From the NCBI GenBank assembly GCA_963742205.1, contig CAVUKZ010000002.1, positions 99,887-163,886 of the forward strand: a stretch of DNA of 64,000 bases. Reading direction: 5' to 3'. The DNA comes from an uncultured Solirubrobacterales bacterium. GTDB taxonomy: Bacteria > Actinomycetota > Thermoleophilia > Solirubrobacterales > 70-9. A program made the translations under genes and the position numbers. Of the stretch, positions 1 through 8,969 are shown in pieces. Below the pieces are notes generated by a model, which was not told the origin of the DNA, did no database searches, and saw only the letters and a program-made list of their open reading frames with translations. Each line of letters starts with the position of its first letter. Position 1 is the first letter of the stretch.

Positions 1-619
1 GCCCCTCGATCGCCGCGTCGACCGCGAGGAAGGCGAGCAGGCCCACCGTGAAGGCGATCAGCACCCGCAGCCAGCCCTCGCCGGCGCGGCGGATGAAGGG
101 CAGCCACAGCAGCCCGAGCGAGACCGGGATCACGCCGACGTAGAGGCCGAGCAGCGCCATCAGCCCGAAGAAGCTCGCGTCGGTCGCGGGCGTCTCGGCC
201 GCGACGGGGATCTCGTGTTCGATCGTGCCCCCGGTCGAGGTCAGCATCGAGACCGTCGTACGCCTCGCCCTCGATCCACGGGTAGGCGATCGTGATCGTG
301 CTCGAGCTCGAGCCGGCCGAGCTCGCGAGCACCGTCGGCGGTGAACGGGACGTAGCCGTCGTTGACCGCGACCTGGGCGATCTCGACCGGGTCGGGGCCG
401 TCGTTGCGCACCGTGAGCGCGATCTCGCCCGGGCGGAGCACCGTCCGCTCGATCCCGAGCTCCTCGACCGGCGGGCCGGAGCGCTCGCCGAGCCCGGGCC
501 CGCCGAGCGCGGCGAAGAGCGGCGACCGCGACCGCGATCGCCAGCAGCGGCAACGAGCGCGAGCAGCCAGGCAGGAGCGCGGCCGAGGGCGCCGCGCGGT
601 AGTCGGCACTCGCCTCCAT
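1..619 (-). pseudogene. 5' part of a membrane metal-transporter-like gene (ZIP-like guess). It has an N-terminal TM segment, a beta-rich extracytoplasmic domain, then TM helices. It runs off the window start and the reading frame changes three times.
   Basis: The ATG at 619-617 overlaps the TGA of the upstream oxidase (ATGA). Protein-like pieces lie in three frames: MEASADYRAAPSAALLPGCSRSLPLLAIAVAVA; LFAALGGPGLGERSGPPVEELGIERTVLRPGEIALTVRNDGPDPVEIAQVAVNDGYVPFTADGARELGRL; SSTITIAYPWIEGEAYD; VSMLTSTGGTIEHEIPVAAETP..FFGLMALLGLYVGVIPVSLGLLWLPF. Junctions are near 518, 308 and 257. The family name is from memory only. Confidence 0.45.
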
Positions 620-1728
620 CAGCTGACCTCGAAGAAGCCGATCCAGCCGAGCTCGGCGAACTCGCTGACGTGGGCGTGGAACATGTAGCGACCCGGATAC
701 GGGAAGCGCAGCTCGAGGATCCCGCGCTGGCCCTGGCCCTGGATCACCGTGTCGGTGAACTCGGTCGGCTGCAGCGACGTGCCGGTCGGGAAGTAGTGGA
801 AGAAGTTCGCGTGCAGGTGAAACGAGTTGAGGGGGTCGAACTCGAGCACGTTGACGAGGTAGATCCGGATCAGCTGGTCGCGCTTGACCTGCACCGGGTC
901 GGAGACGTGATGGAAGCCGACCGTGTTGACGGCGTAGACCTCGTTCGAGCCGTCGAAGTTGGTGTCGAAGCCGTTCATCACCATCACCAGCTCGTCGGCG
1001 TCGGCCCGGCCGGCCTTCGGGTCGATCACGAAGGCGCCGTACAGGCCGCGGGAGATGTGCGACGCGAGCGGCGAGACGTGGCAGTGGTAGAGGTGGAGGC
1101 CGAAGGGGCCGGCGTCGAACTCGTAGGTGAAGCTCTCCCCCGGGTCGATCGTGCCCCCGCCGATCCCCTCACCGATCCCCGGCATCCCGTCCATGACCGC
1201 CGGGTGGAGGCCGTGGAAGTGCATCGTGTGCGGGTGCTCGGAGCCGTTGGTGAAGTGGATCCGCAGCAGCTCGCCCTCGCGGCAGCGAAGCGTCGGGCCG
1301 GGAACGCGCCCGTTGTAGGTCCAGGCCTCGTAATGGACGCCGGGCGCGACCTCGATCTCCTTGTCCGCCGCCACCAGCTCCCACTCGCGCAGCACGCGGC
1401 CGCTGGCCAGGCGCCGGGTCGTCCCGAGGTCGAAGTCGCGCAGCACGTCGCTGGGGTGAAAGCCGTTGGCCGCGTGGTCCACCTCGCGGCCGGCCGCGAA
1501 CGCCGCGTGACCGCCCGCCGCGTGACCGGCGTCGGTCGAGTGCAGCCCGTGGCCGGACACGGTCGACGCCTCGGCGCTGCCGGAATTGCCGGAGAGGGCG
1601 TCGTGAACGCCCTGGTGGGGGATCGTCTCGTGCAGCAGGGCCAGCGTCGGTGCCGCGATGACGCTCCCCGCGAGCAGCTTCCGACGACTGATCCCGCGCT
1701 CCGACGGGCTCTCTTTTCGCTTACTCAC
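619..1728 (-). CDS. Tat-exported multicopper oxidase (two-domain, small-laccase-like size)
   Basis: 369-aa ORF with a twin-arginine signal (GISRRKLLAGSVIAAP). Copper-ligand motifs HPHTMHFHGLH and HLYHCHVSPLASH (HCH) are present. The antisense 488-aa ORF is a shadow. Confidence 0.85.
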   Translation of the reverse strand: MSKRKESPSERGISRRKLLAGSVIAAPTLALLHETIPHQGVHDALSGNSGSAEASTVSGHGLHSTDAGHAAGGHAAFAAGREVDHAANGFHPSDVLRDFDLGTTRRLASGRVLREWELVAADKEIEVAPGVHYEAWTYNGRVPGPTLRCREGELLRIHFTNGSEHPHTMHFHGLHPAVMDGMPGIGEGIGGGTIDPGESFTYEFDAGPFGLHLYHCHVSPLASHISRGLYGAFVIDPKAGRADADELVMVMNGFDTNFDGSNEVYAVNTVGFHHVSDPVQVKRDQLIRIYLVNVLEFDPLNSFHLHANFFHYFPTGTSLQPTEFTDTVIQGQGQRGILELRFPYPGRYMFHAHVSEFAELGWIGFFEVS

Positions 1729-1786
1729 AAGCGAGATTTTGACAAATCAAAACCCTGATCGGCAAGCCGTAAGATGCTGGGGGCCG

Positions 1787-2735
1787 ATGGAGATCGCAAG
1801 CGCGCCCGAGATCGATGCCCAATACCGCGTCCTCCGCGAGGCCGCGGGCGTGCTCGAGCGCCCCGAGCGCCGCTCGTTCGCGGTCTCGGGCACGGAGGCC
1901 GCCGACTACCTCCAGGGGCAGCTGACCAACGACGTCGAGGCCCTGTCGGCGGGCGACGGCTGCTACTCGGCGCTGCTCGACCGCAAGGGCCGCATGCAGG
2001 GCGACATGCGGGTGCTGCGCACCGCCGACGCGCTGCTGCTCGACACCGAGGCGATCGCCGGAGATGCCGTGCTTCGCCACCTCTCGATGTACAAGATCGG
2101 CCGCGACGTGACCATCGACGAGATCACCGAGGACCGGACGGTGATCTCGGTGCTCGGCCCGGCCGCGGCTGAGGTCGCGCTCGGCGGGCCGGCCGGCCCC
2201 GAGCATGCCCACCGCGCCGTCGACCGTCGGCGGCGTCGAGTGCATCGCGGCCGCGACGGACCTCGGGGTCGACCTCATTGCGCCGCGCGCCGAGCGCCTC
2301 GAGGTGCTCTCCGCGCTGGCCGACGCGGGCGCCGAGCCGGTCGGCGACGAGGCGGCCGAGATCGCGCGGGTCGAGGCCGGCAGACCGCGCTTCGGGCGCG
2401 AGATGACGACCGCGACGATCCCCCAGGAGGCGGGGATCAACGAGCGCGCCGTGAGCTTCACCAAGGGCTGCTACATCGGCCAGGAGACCGTCGCCCGCCT
2501 GCACTACAAGGGCAAGCCGAACCGCCACCTGCGCGGCCTGCGGCTCGAGCGCGCGGTCGCCGCCGGCGATCCCGTGCGGCTCGGCGAGCGCGAGCTCGGG
2601 ACGGTCGGGACGGCCGTCCTCTCCCCCGCTCGCGGGCCGATCGCGCTCGCGATCCTGCGCCGCGAGGCCGAGCCGGGCGCCGCGGTTCAGGTCGGCGAGG
2701 GCGTGGCGGCCGAGGTCGTCGAGCTCCCGTTCTAG
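1787..2735 (+). pseudogene. ygfZ: YgfZ/GcvT-like folate-binding protein, one frame change near 2225
   Basis: The N-terminal half (MEIASAPEIDAQYRVLREAAGVLERPERRSFAVSGTEAADYLQGQLTNDV..) is in the frame of ORF 1658. The C-terminal half (VGGVECIAAATDLG..KGCYIGQETVARLHYKGKPNRHLRGL..) is in the frame of ORF 2205. The junction is explained by one extra base in gtc gac c gtc. Confidence 0.75.
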
Positions 2736-2787
2736 GCGCCCGAAGCGACACCGGGCGGCCGCATGTTGAGCTAGGGTTGCGCGCACG

Positions 2788-3204
2788 ATGGGCGCATGGA
2801 GGAGGATGATCGCCCCGATCGCGGCATGCCTCGCCGCGCTCGTCCTCACCGCCTGCGGCTCCGAGGACTTCGCGAACAACCCCCGCCCGCCGGCCCCGAT
2901 CGCACTCAGCGCGCGGATCTCCGACCAGGAGGTCTCCCTGAGCCCGAACACGGCGAAGGCCGTCGGCGCCGGGCTGGCGACGATCACGATCTCCAACCAG
3001 ACGAACGACCCGACGAAGCTGCTGCTGGAGGGGCCGACCGACCAGTCGAGCAGCGAGATCGTCGCCCAGGGGACGGGCGACATGAAGCTCAACCTCGAGC
3101 AGGGCGACTACAAGGTCTCCGCAGCGGACTCGAACGCGCGCCAGACGAAGCTCTCGGTCGGACCCGAGCGCCCGAGCTCGCAGAACGACCTGCTGCTGCC
3201 CTAG
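2788..3204 (+). CDS. Small lipoprotein of unknown function (beta-rich)
   Basis: Signal peptide with lipobox LVLTAC|GS. There is no recognisable catalytic motif. The exact start (2788 or a downstream Met) is not resolved. Confidence 0.6.
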   Translation: MGAWRRMIAPIAACLAALVLTACGSEDFANNPRPPAPIALSARISDQEVSLSPNTAKAVGAGLATITISNQTNDPTKLLLEGPTDQSSSEIVAQGTGDMKLNLEQGDYKVSAADSNARQTKLSVGPERPSSQNDLLLP

Positions 3205-4508
3205 CCGGCTTCTTCGGCGGCGGCCGCGACCAGACCCTCGATCCGGGCCAGGCAGCGCTCCACGTCGGCGACCATCTCGTCGAACTCCTCGCGCGCGGTC
3301 TCGGCGCTGTTGGTGACGCTGGTCAGCGACTTACGCACCCGGTTGGCGCGCTTGAGGCGGGCCGCTGCCTCCTCGGCGGCGTCGCGCACCCCCGCGGCAT
3401 CGACCTCGAGCTCCGCGGCGCCGGCGACGAGAACCCTCGCGCGCACGTAGCGGTAGACGAGCCGCAGCGCCAGCGGATCGGGGTCCTCGCGGTCGAGGAC
3501 CGCGATGATCTTGTTGCCCTGATACTCGGTGAGCTCCTCGAGCCCGGCCGGGATCTTGTCCTCCCCGGCGACCACGAGGACGGCGAAGCAGGCGTCGCGC
3601 TGGCCCATGCACGAATTGAGCTCGGTCCACGCGTCGTTCTTCGACAGCCGCTTGTTCTTGGCCTCGAAGACGATCGTGGCGACCGACGCGCCGACGGCGC
3701 CGCCGATCTCGACCACGGTGTCGCCCTTCTTGCTCCCGGACTCGTTGGACGTGTCCCCGGTGTGGTGGGCCGCGTCGCCCTGAGCCTGGGCGATCTCGTC
3801 GATCGCATCGTGCACCAACTCCTCGAACGTCCGCCCCTTGCGCGTGCCGGCCGCCTCGGCCTCGGCGACGCGCTCGTCGGCGTCATCGCGCTCGAGCAGC
3901 CGGGCGAGCTCCTTGCGTAGCTCACCGACCTGCCCCTGCATCGCCCGCGCCTCCTTGGAGTGCGACTCGCGCAGGCGCTCGACCTCCGCCCGGTGGCGCT
4001 CCTCGGCCTCGAGCATCGCCTTCCCGAGCCGGGTCTGGATGGCGAGCAGCGGATTGGAACCGTCCTCGGCGGTCAGCGTGCGCATCAGCTCATCGCGGTG
4101 CTGGCGGGTCTCGGCGCAGACGATCTCCTTGATCTGGGCCTGCACGGAGTCGTTGCGGTCGGTGCCGAAGGCGGCGGCGATCTGCGTCGCCAGCGCCTCG
4201 GCGCTCTCCTCGAGCGTGTCGCCGAGCCGGTTGTCGAGCTCGCCCAGGCCCTGCTCGAGCTCGCGGCGGACGTAATCGACGTTGGCGGCGGTCTCCTCGC
4301 TGTCGAGGACCCGGCTGCCGATCTCGATCGCCTTCCGCACGGTCTCCGGCGCGGCGCGCCCCGCGGCCGCCCGATCGCGCACCAGACGGGCGGCGCGCGC
4401 GTCGTCGACCTCGAGCCGCTCGATCACGAGCCGGTCGTCGAGGGCGCGCACGGAGCCGTCGCCGGCGTCCTCGCCAAAGGAGAGCTGTGGTCTTTCGGAT
4501 GCTTCCAT
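3201..4508 (-). CDS. Coiled-coil protein with a C-terminal PD-(D/E)xK-like nuclease-fold module (DUF2130-like)
   Basis: Long E/R/A/L-rich heptad-like N-terminal region. The C-terminus reads GDTVVEIGG..IVFEAKNKRLSKNDAWTELNSCMGQRDACFAVLVVAGEDKIP (D..ExK arrangement). I chose the start at Met16 (4508) because Met1 (4553) would overlap the divergent LOG start. Confidence 0.55.
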   Translation of the reverse strand: MEASERPQLSFGEDAGDGSVRALDDRLVIERLEVDDARAARLVRDRAAAGRAAPETVRKAIEIGSRVLDSEETAANVDYVRRELEQGLGELDNRLGDTLEESAEALATQIAAAFGTDRNDSVQAQIKEIVCAETRQHRDELMRTLTAEDGSNPLLAIQTRLGKAMLEAEERHRAEVERLRESHSKEARAMQGQVGELRKELARLLERDDADERVAEAEAAGTRKGRTFEELVHDAIDEIAQAQGDAAHHTGDTSNESGSKKGDTVVEIGGAVGASVATIVFEAKNKRLSKNDAWTELNSCMGQRDACFAVLVVAGEDKIPAGLEELTEYQGNKIIAVLDREDPDPLALRLVYRYVRARVLVAGAAELEVDAAGVRDAAEEAAARLKRANRVRKSLTSVTNSAETAREEFDEMVADVERCLARIEGLVAAAAEEAG

Positions 4509-4551
4509 GTGGACCCACGAAGGTAGTCGGGCACCCGGACGCGAACCTGAC

Positions 4552-5262
4552 ATGGCAATGAGTCACCCAAATGCGTCAAATCCAGCCACTCTCGGCGAGG
4601 AGATCGTCTGCGCCGAGCAGCCGGCGGTCGCCTCCACGCGCACCGACGCACAGCGCCTGGAGCTGATCGAACGCGAGCTCCGCCAGGGGTTCGAGACCCT
4701 GTCCGACCTCGGGCCCGCGGCCTGCATCTTCGGCTCCGCCCGCAACGGCCCCGACGATCCGCTCTACGCCCGCGCGCGAGAGATCGGCCGGGCGATCGGC
4801 GAGGCCGGGTACGCGGTGATCACCGGCGGCGGCCCCGGGCTGATGGAGGCCGCCAACCTCGGCGCCCAGGACGCCGGCGCGACCTCGGTTGGGCTCAACA
4901 TCCTGCTCCCGCACGAGCAGCACATGAACCCCTACGTCGACATCGGCCTGACCTTCGACTACTTCTTCACCCGCAAGCTGATGTTCGTCCGCTACTCGCG
5001 GTCGATCGTGGCTCTCCCCGGCGGCTACGGCACGCTCGACGAGCTGTTCGAGGTCATGACCCTGATCCAGACGGGCGAGGCCATCGACCACCCGGTCGTC
5101 CTCGTCGGCAGCGACTACTGGTCGGGGTTGCTCGACTGGGTGCGTGCCGAGCTGCTCGACGCCGGGCGCATCTCGCCCGCCGACTTCGAGATCCCGACGC
5201 TCGCCGACGAGACCTCGGAGATCGTGGCCATCGCCTGCGAGGGCACCGACGTCGCGGGGTAG
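4552..5262 (+). CDS. LOG family / TIGR00730 Rossmann-fold nucleotide-binding protein (cytokinin riboside 5'-monophosphate phosphoribohydrolase-like)
   Basis: GGGPGLMEA and PGGYGTLDELFE motifs. The ATG at 4552 is in frame with ORF 4282. Confidence 0.85.
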   Translation: MAMSHPNASNPATLGEEIVCAEQPAVASTRTDAQRLELIERELRQGFETLSDLGPAACIFGSARNGPDDPLYARAREIGRAIGEAGYAVITGGGPGLMEAANLGAQDAGATSVGLNILLPHEQHMNPYVDIGLTFDYFFTRKLMFVRYSRSIVALPGGYGTLDELFEVMTLIQTGEAIDHPVVLVGSDYWSGLLDWVRAELLDAGRISPADFEIPTLADETSEIVAIACEGTDVAG

Positions 5263-6278
5263 CGCGCGCGGACGGCGTCGACGAACGCCGCCATGCGGTC
5301 GGCCAGCTCGGGGTCGCGCAGCTCGAGCACGTTCTCGGCGTTCATCTCCCCCGAGCGCGAGAGGTTGAACGAGCCGACGAAGACGATGTCGTCGGCGATC
5401 GTCACCTTCGCGTGCATGAAGTCGTGGACCGTGGCCGGGCCCCATGGCGTCGAGGGCTTGCCCGAGAACGGCAGCAGGCTGAGGGTCTTCGCGAGCAGCG
5501 GGATCTTCCATGCCGAGCTGCCGTTGGTCGCCCACTGCCCGTAGACGGCGTCGGTCTGCGGCTCGTCGATCACCCCGGCAACGTCGACGCCGCCGCGCTC
5601 GCCCAGCTCAGCCAGGGTCCCGAGTATCGGGGCCGATGTGATCACCGGCGAGGCGATCCGCACCCGCCGGCGCGCGCAGCCGATCGCCGTCGCGATCCGC
5701 TGCGACAGCTGCGCGCCGTGCCCCGGCGTGAACCAGGCGCGCACCGAGCGCCCGTCGCCGAGCTCGATCGGGTCCGGGTCGCCACGCCCTGAGCGCTCCA
5801 CGTCGCGACGGTCCCAGAGCTCCTCGAAGTTCGTGACGTAGGCGGCCGCGAGCTGCTCGGAGTCGAGCGCGAGGACGACGTTCTCCTGGCGCGTCCAGGA
5901 GTCGGTCGTCCAGTTGGCGGAGCCGGTCCACACCGACTCGCGGTCGCGGACCACGTACTTGTGGTGCATGAGGTCGGGGATCCCCGGCACCCCCCGGTCC
6001 TCGATCGGCAGCTCGTGCAGCAACTCCGGCCTGGTGCTCGGGGGCGGCTGGATCGCCGGCGGGCGATTGGAATCGACGTTGTAGAGCAGCCGCACCCGCA
6101 CGCCGCGAGCGGCGGCGGCGCGCAGCTCCCCCGCGACGAGGTCGCCGGCGTCGCCCGGGAGCCGGATGTCGTAGAGCGCCAGCTCAAGCGTCTCGCGCGC
6201 CCCGCGCAAGAACTCGGCGACCCAGCCGGCCACCTGCTCGGCACGCTGCCCGCCATCCGTCAACTCATGGACCTGCAC
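5115..6278 (-). CDS. Phospholipase D-family protein (two HKD motifs)
   Basis: Motifs HHKYVVRDRESVWTGSANWT and MHAKVTIADDIVFVGSFNLS. I chose the GTG at 6278 (VQVHELTDGG) because the longer ORF overlaps the DUF3224 gene. The 3' tail overlaps the LOG gene by about 148 nt. Confidence 0.75.
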   Translation of the reverse strand: MQVHELTDGGQRAEQVAGWVAEFLRGARETLELALYDIRLPGDAGDLVAGELRAAAARGVRVRLLYNVDSNRPPAIQPPPSTRPELLHELPIEDRGVPGIPDLMHHKYVVRDRESVWTGSANWTTDSWTRQENVVLALDSEQLAAAYVTNFEELWDRRDVERSGRGDPDPIELGDGRSVRAWFTPGHGAQLSQRIATAIGCARRRVRIASPVITSAPILGTLAELGERGGVDVAGVIDEPQTDAVYGQWATNGSSAWKIPLLAKTLSLLPFSGKPSTPWGPATVHDFMHAKVTIADDIVFVGSFNLSRSGEMNAENVLELRDPELADRMAAFVDAVRARYPATSVPSQAMATISEVSSASVGISKSAGEMRPASSSSARTQSSNPDQ

Positions 6279-6381
6279 CGGCGCATCTTCCCGAACGCCG
6301 AACGACAAACGACGCACGAGACTATGTGTATGACTCACACATCTGGGTACCTGACGCAGAGAAAGCAACGAAAGGACCGAC

Positions 6382-6777
6382 ATGACCGAGCACGCGAGCG
6401 CCACGTTCAAGGTCGAGGGCTGGAACGAGGAGCGCACGGTGGACGGCGACCGGGGCGCGATCGCCCTGGCGAAGGTCGAGCAGAGCCTCGCCGGCGACCT
6501 CCAGGGCGCCGGATTCGCCCAGTGGCTCATGTGTTACCGCGAGGACGAGACGGCCGATTTCGTCGGCCTGCAGCGGTTCGAGGGGAACCTCGGCGAGCGC
6601 AGCGGCACCTTCGTGCTGACCTCCAACGGGACCTTCGACGGCAAGGTCGCCGCGGGCGAGATGCGGATCGTCGACGGCTCGGGCACCGGCGAGCTCGCCG
6701 GGATCGAGGGCGGTGGCAGCTTCTCGGCTCCCCACGGCGGCGACGCCGCGCTCGAGCTCGACTACTCGATCTCCTGA
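6382..6777 (+). CDS. DUF3224-like small protein
   Basis: 131-aa ORF, ATFKVEGWNEE..GTFVLTSNGTFDGKVAAGEMRIVDGSGTGELAGIEGGGSF. It is typical of the DUF3224 beta-barrel family as I recall it. Confidence 0.6.
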   Translation: MTEHASATFKVEGWNEERTVDGDRGAIALAKVEQSLAGDLQGAGFAQWLMCYREDETADFVGLQRFEGNLGERSGTFVLTSNGTFDGKVAAGEMRIVDGSGTGELAGIEGGGSFSAPHGGDAALELDYSIS

Positions 6778-7337
6778 TGCCCGCGGGGGGCTCGCTCGAC
6801 CGGGCCGGCAATCTGCTGGGCGCGCTGTCGCTCGCGATCGCCGACCGCACGGGCGACTCGCTCGAGGGTGCGGCGGCGCAATCGCCCAGCGGCGCCGCCG
6901 CGCTCTCGGCGCTGCTGCACTTCCTCGAGCGGCCGAGCATCGACCTCATGCGCCAGGTGCTCGGCCTGACCTCGTCGGGGACCGTCCGCCTCGTCGACCG
7001 ACTCGAGCGCGACGGCCTCGTCGCTCGCGAGTCCGGCGACGACGGCCGGGTGACGACGATCGTCCTCACCCCCGCCGGCCGGCGGGCGGCGCGGCGGGTC
7101 GCGGCGGCCCGGGCCGACGTGCTCGCGTCCGCCCTCGACGGGCTCGACCCCGCCGAGCGCGAGGCGTTCGACGCGCTCGCCGGCAAGCTGCTGGTGGGGA
7201 TGATCCGCGGGCGCGGCGCCACGCGGTGGATGTGCCGACTCTGCGACACGGGAGCATGCGGCCGCGAGCGGGGCGAATGCCCGGTCGCCAACGCGACCGG
7301 CGCCGTCGGCGCATCGCTACGATCCCCGCGCTCGTAG
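6777..7337 (+). CDS. MarR-family transcriptional regulator with a Cys-rich C-terminal tail
   Basis: The ATG overlaps the upstream stop (TGATG). The wHTH region reads LMRQVLGLTSSGTVRLVDRLERDGLVARESGDDGRVTTIVLTPAGR. The tail is WMCRLCDTGACGRERGECP. Confidence 0.8.
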   Translation: MPAGGSLDRAGNLLGALSLAIADRTGDSLEGAAAQSPSGAAALSALLHFLERPSIDLMRQVLGLTSSGTVRLVDRLERDGLVARESGDDGRVTTIVLTPAGRRAARRVAAARADVLASALDGLDPAEREAFDALAGKLLVGMIRGRGATRWMCRLCDTGACGRERGECPVANATGAVGASLRSPRS

Positions 7338-7357
7338 CACCAACCAGAGGGAGAACC

Positions 7358-8626
7358 GTGGCCGTAGACGTGACCGAAGTCTCGAAGCTCGACGTGGAGC
7401 CGGGGACGCTGCCCGAGACGATGGCGGCCTGGGTGATCCGCCAGGAGCGTGAGGGCGAGCCCAAGGACGCGTTCCAGGTCGAGGAGATCGAGGTACCCGA
7501 GCCCGGGGCGTTCGAGGTCATCGTGCGCGTGATGGCCGCCGGGGTCAACTTCAACAACGTCTGGGCGGCGCTCGGCAAGCCGGTGTCGGTCTTCGGCTAC
7601 GGCGACCACCCGCAGTACGGGCACCACATCGGCGGCTCCGACGCCTCCGGGATCGTCTGGAAGGTCGGCGAGGGCGTCACCCGCTGGCAGCCCGGCGACG
7701 AGGTCGTGATCCACTGCAACCAGGCCTCCTACGAGGACGTCGAGGTCCACGGGCTCGACCCGATGGCCGCCCCGAGCCAGGAGATCTGGGGCTATGAGAC
7801 GACCTGGGGCTCGTTCGCCCAGTTCACGAAGGTCCAGGCCCAGCAGCTGCTCCCGAAGCCGCAGAACCTCTCGTGGGTCGAGTCGTCGGCCTACGGGCTC
7901 ACCTACTTCACCGCCTACCGGATGCTGCTCGACCGCTGCAAGCTCCAGGCCGGCCACAACGTCCTCATCTGGGGCGCCGCGGGCGGCCTCGGGGTGTTCG
8001 CGACCCAGCTCTGCCGGGCCGCCGGGGCGAACGCCGTGGGCGTGGTCTCGTCGGACGAGAAGGGCGAGCTGGTGAAGCAGCTCGGCGCCGTCGACTACGT
8101 CAACCGGGCCGAGTTCGGCGACATGATGCGCACCGACGCCAACCACCCCGCCGTGGACCGCGCCGCCGAGAAGGAGCGCTTCGCCGCCACGCGCGGCTTC
8201 GCGAAGAAGGTCAAGGGCATCCTCGGCGACGCGCCCGACATCGTCTTCGAGCACGTCGGGCAGGCGACGTTCCCGACCTCGGTGTTCACCGTGAAGCCGT
8301 TTGGCAAGGTCGTGATCTGCGGCGCCACCTCGGGCTACACGCTCGACTTCGACGTCCGCTACCTCTGGATGAAGCAGAAGGAGATCCTCGGCTCGCACTT
8401 CGCCAACGCGTACGAGTGCACGCGCGCGAACCAGCTGATGGCCGAGGGCAAGGTCCGCCCCGTGCTCTCCCAGGTGATGGACTTCGAGGGCGTCCCGGAG
8501 GCGCACCAGATGCTCCACGAGAACCGCCACTCGGGCAAGATCTCGATCCGCGTCGGGGCCACCGACGACGCCGAGGGCAAGCACGAGGAGGGCGAGGGCG
8601 CGATCTGGGCCGAGGTCGGCGCGTAG
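7358..8626 (+). CDS. ccr: Crotonyl-CoA carboxylase/reductase
   Basis: GTG preceded by AGAGGGAGA. The protein has Ccr-family blocks (EIWGYETTWGSFAQF, NVLIWGAAGGLGVFATQL, TSGYTLDFDVRYLWMKQKEILGSHFAN) that match the Streptomyces Ccr pattern as I remember it. Confidence 0.8.
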   Translation: MAVDVTEVSKLDVEPGTLPETMAAWVIRQEREGEPKDAFQVEEIEVPEPGAFEVIVRVMAAGVNFNNVWAALGKPVSVFGYGDHPQYGHHIGGSDASGIVWKVGEGVTRWQPGDEVVIHCNQASYEDVEVHGLDPMAAPSQEIWGYETTWGSFAQFTKVQAQQLLPKPQNLSWVESSAYGLTYFTAYRMLLDRCKLQAGHNVLIWGAAGGLGVFATQLCRAAGANAVGVVSSDEKGELVKQLGAVDYVNRAEFGDMMRTDANHPAVDRAAEKERFAATRGFAKKVKGILGDAPDIVFEHVGQATFPTSVFTVKPFGKVVICGATSGYTLDFDVRYLWMKQKEILGSHFANAYECTRANQLMAEGKVRPVLSQVMDFEGVPEAHQMLHENRHSGKISIRVGATDDAEGKHEEGEGAIWAEVGA

Positions 8627-8644
8627 AGATACGCTTCCAGGCCG

Positions 8645-8965
8645 ATGGACGTCCACTACATCGAATGGCACCTCGTGCCCTGGAGGCGCGACGCCTTCCT
8701 CGAGATCTGGCGCCCGGCGCTCGATCGGGCGCTGGCCCACGGCGCGAAGGCCGCCTGGCTGACCCGAAACGAGGACGACACCCTCCACATCCGCCAAATG
8801 ACGCTGTGGGAGAACCGCGCCGACCAGGAGGCGTGGTGGTTCAGCGACGAGCTGATCAGCATGCGCCAGGAGGCGCTCAAGTACTACGGCAAGCTGATCG
8901 ACGCCCATTGGCACGCGCGGATCGCCGACGCGGCGATCGCGACCAACGGCCGGCCGGTCGACTGA
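8645..8965 (+). CDS. Small hypothetical protein (about 106 aa, Trp/His-rich, possibly ABM/Dabb-like fold)
   Basis: Clean ORF 19 nt after ccr with plausible codon usage. No motif recognised. Confidence 0.5.
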   Translation: MDVHYIEWHLVPWRRDAFLEIWRPALDRALAHGAKAAWLTRNEDDTLHIRQMTLWENRADQEAWWFSDELISMRQEALKYYGKLIDAHWHARIADAAIATNGRPVD

Positions 8966-8969
8966 CCGA

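Noticed and set aside
292-1758. 488-aa plus-strand ORF
   Set aside because: It is antisense to the multicopper oxidase gene, which has clear copper motifs and a Tat signal. The translation is Arg/Ala/Gly/Val-rich low-complexity sequence typical of high-GC shadow ORFs.
3201-6278. A phage-defence island made of the coiled-coil nuclease-like protein, the LOG-family protein and the PLD-family protein
   Set aside because: The three genes are on alternating strands and not in an operon. There are no flanking mobile-element, integrase or tRNA signatures, and each family is common as a housekeeping gene in Actinobacteria. I kept only the nuclease-like protein as a low-key finding.
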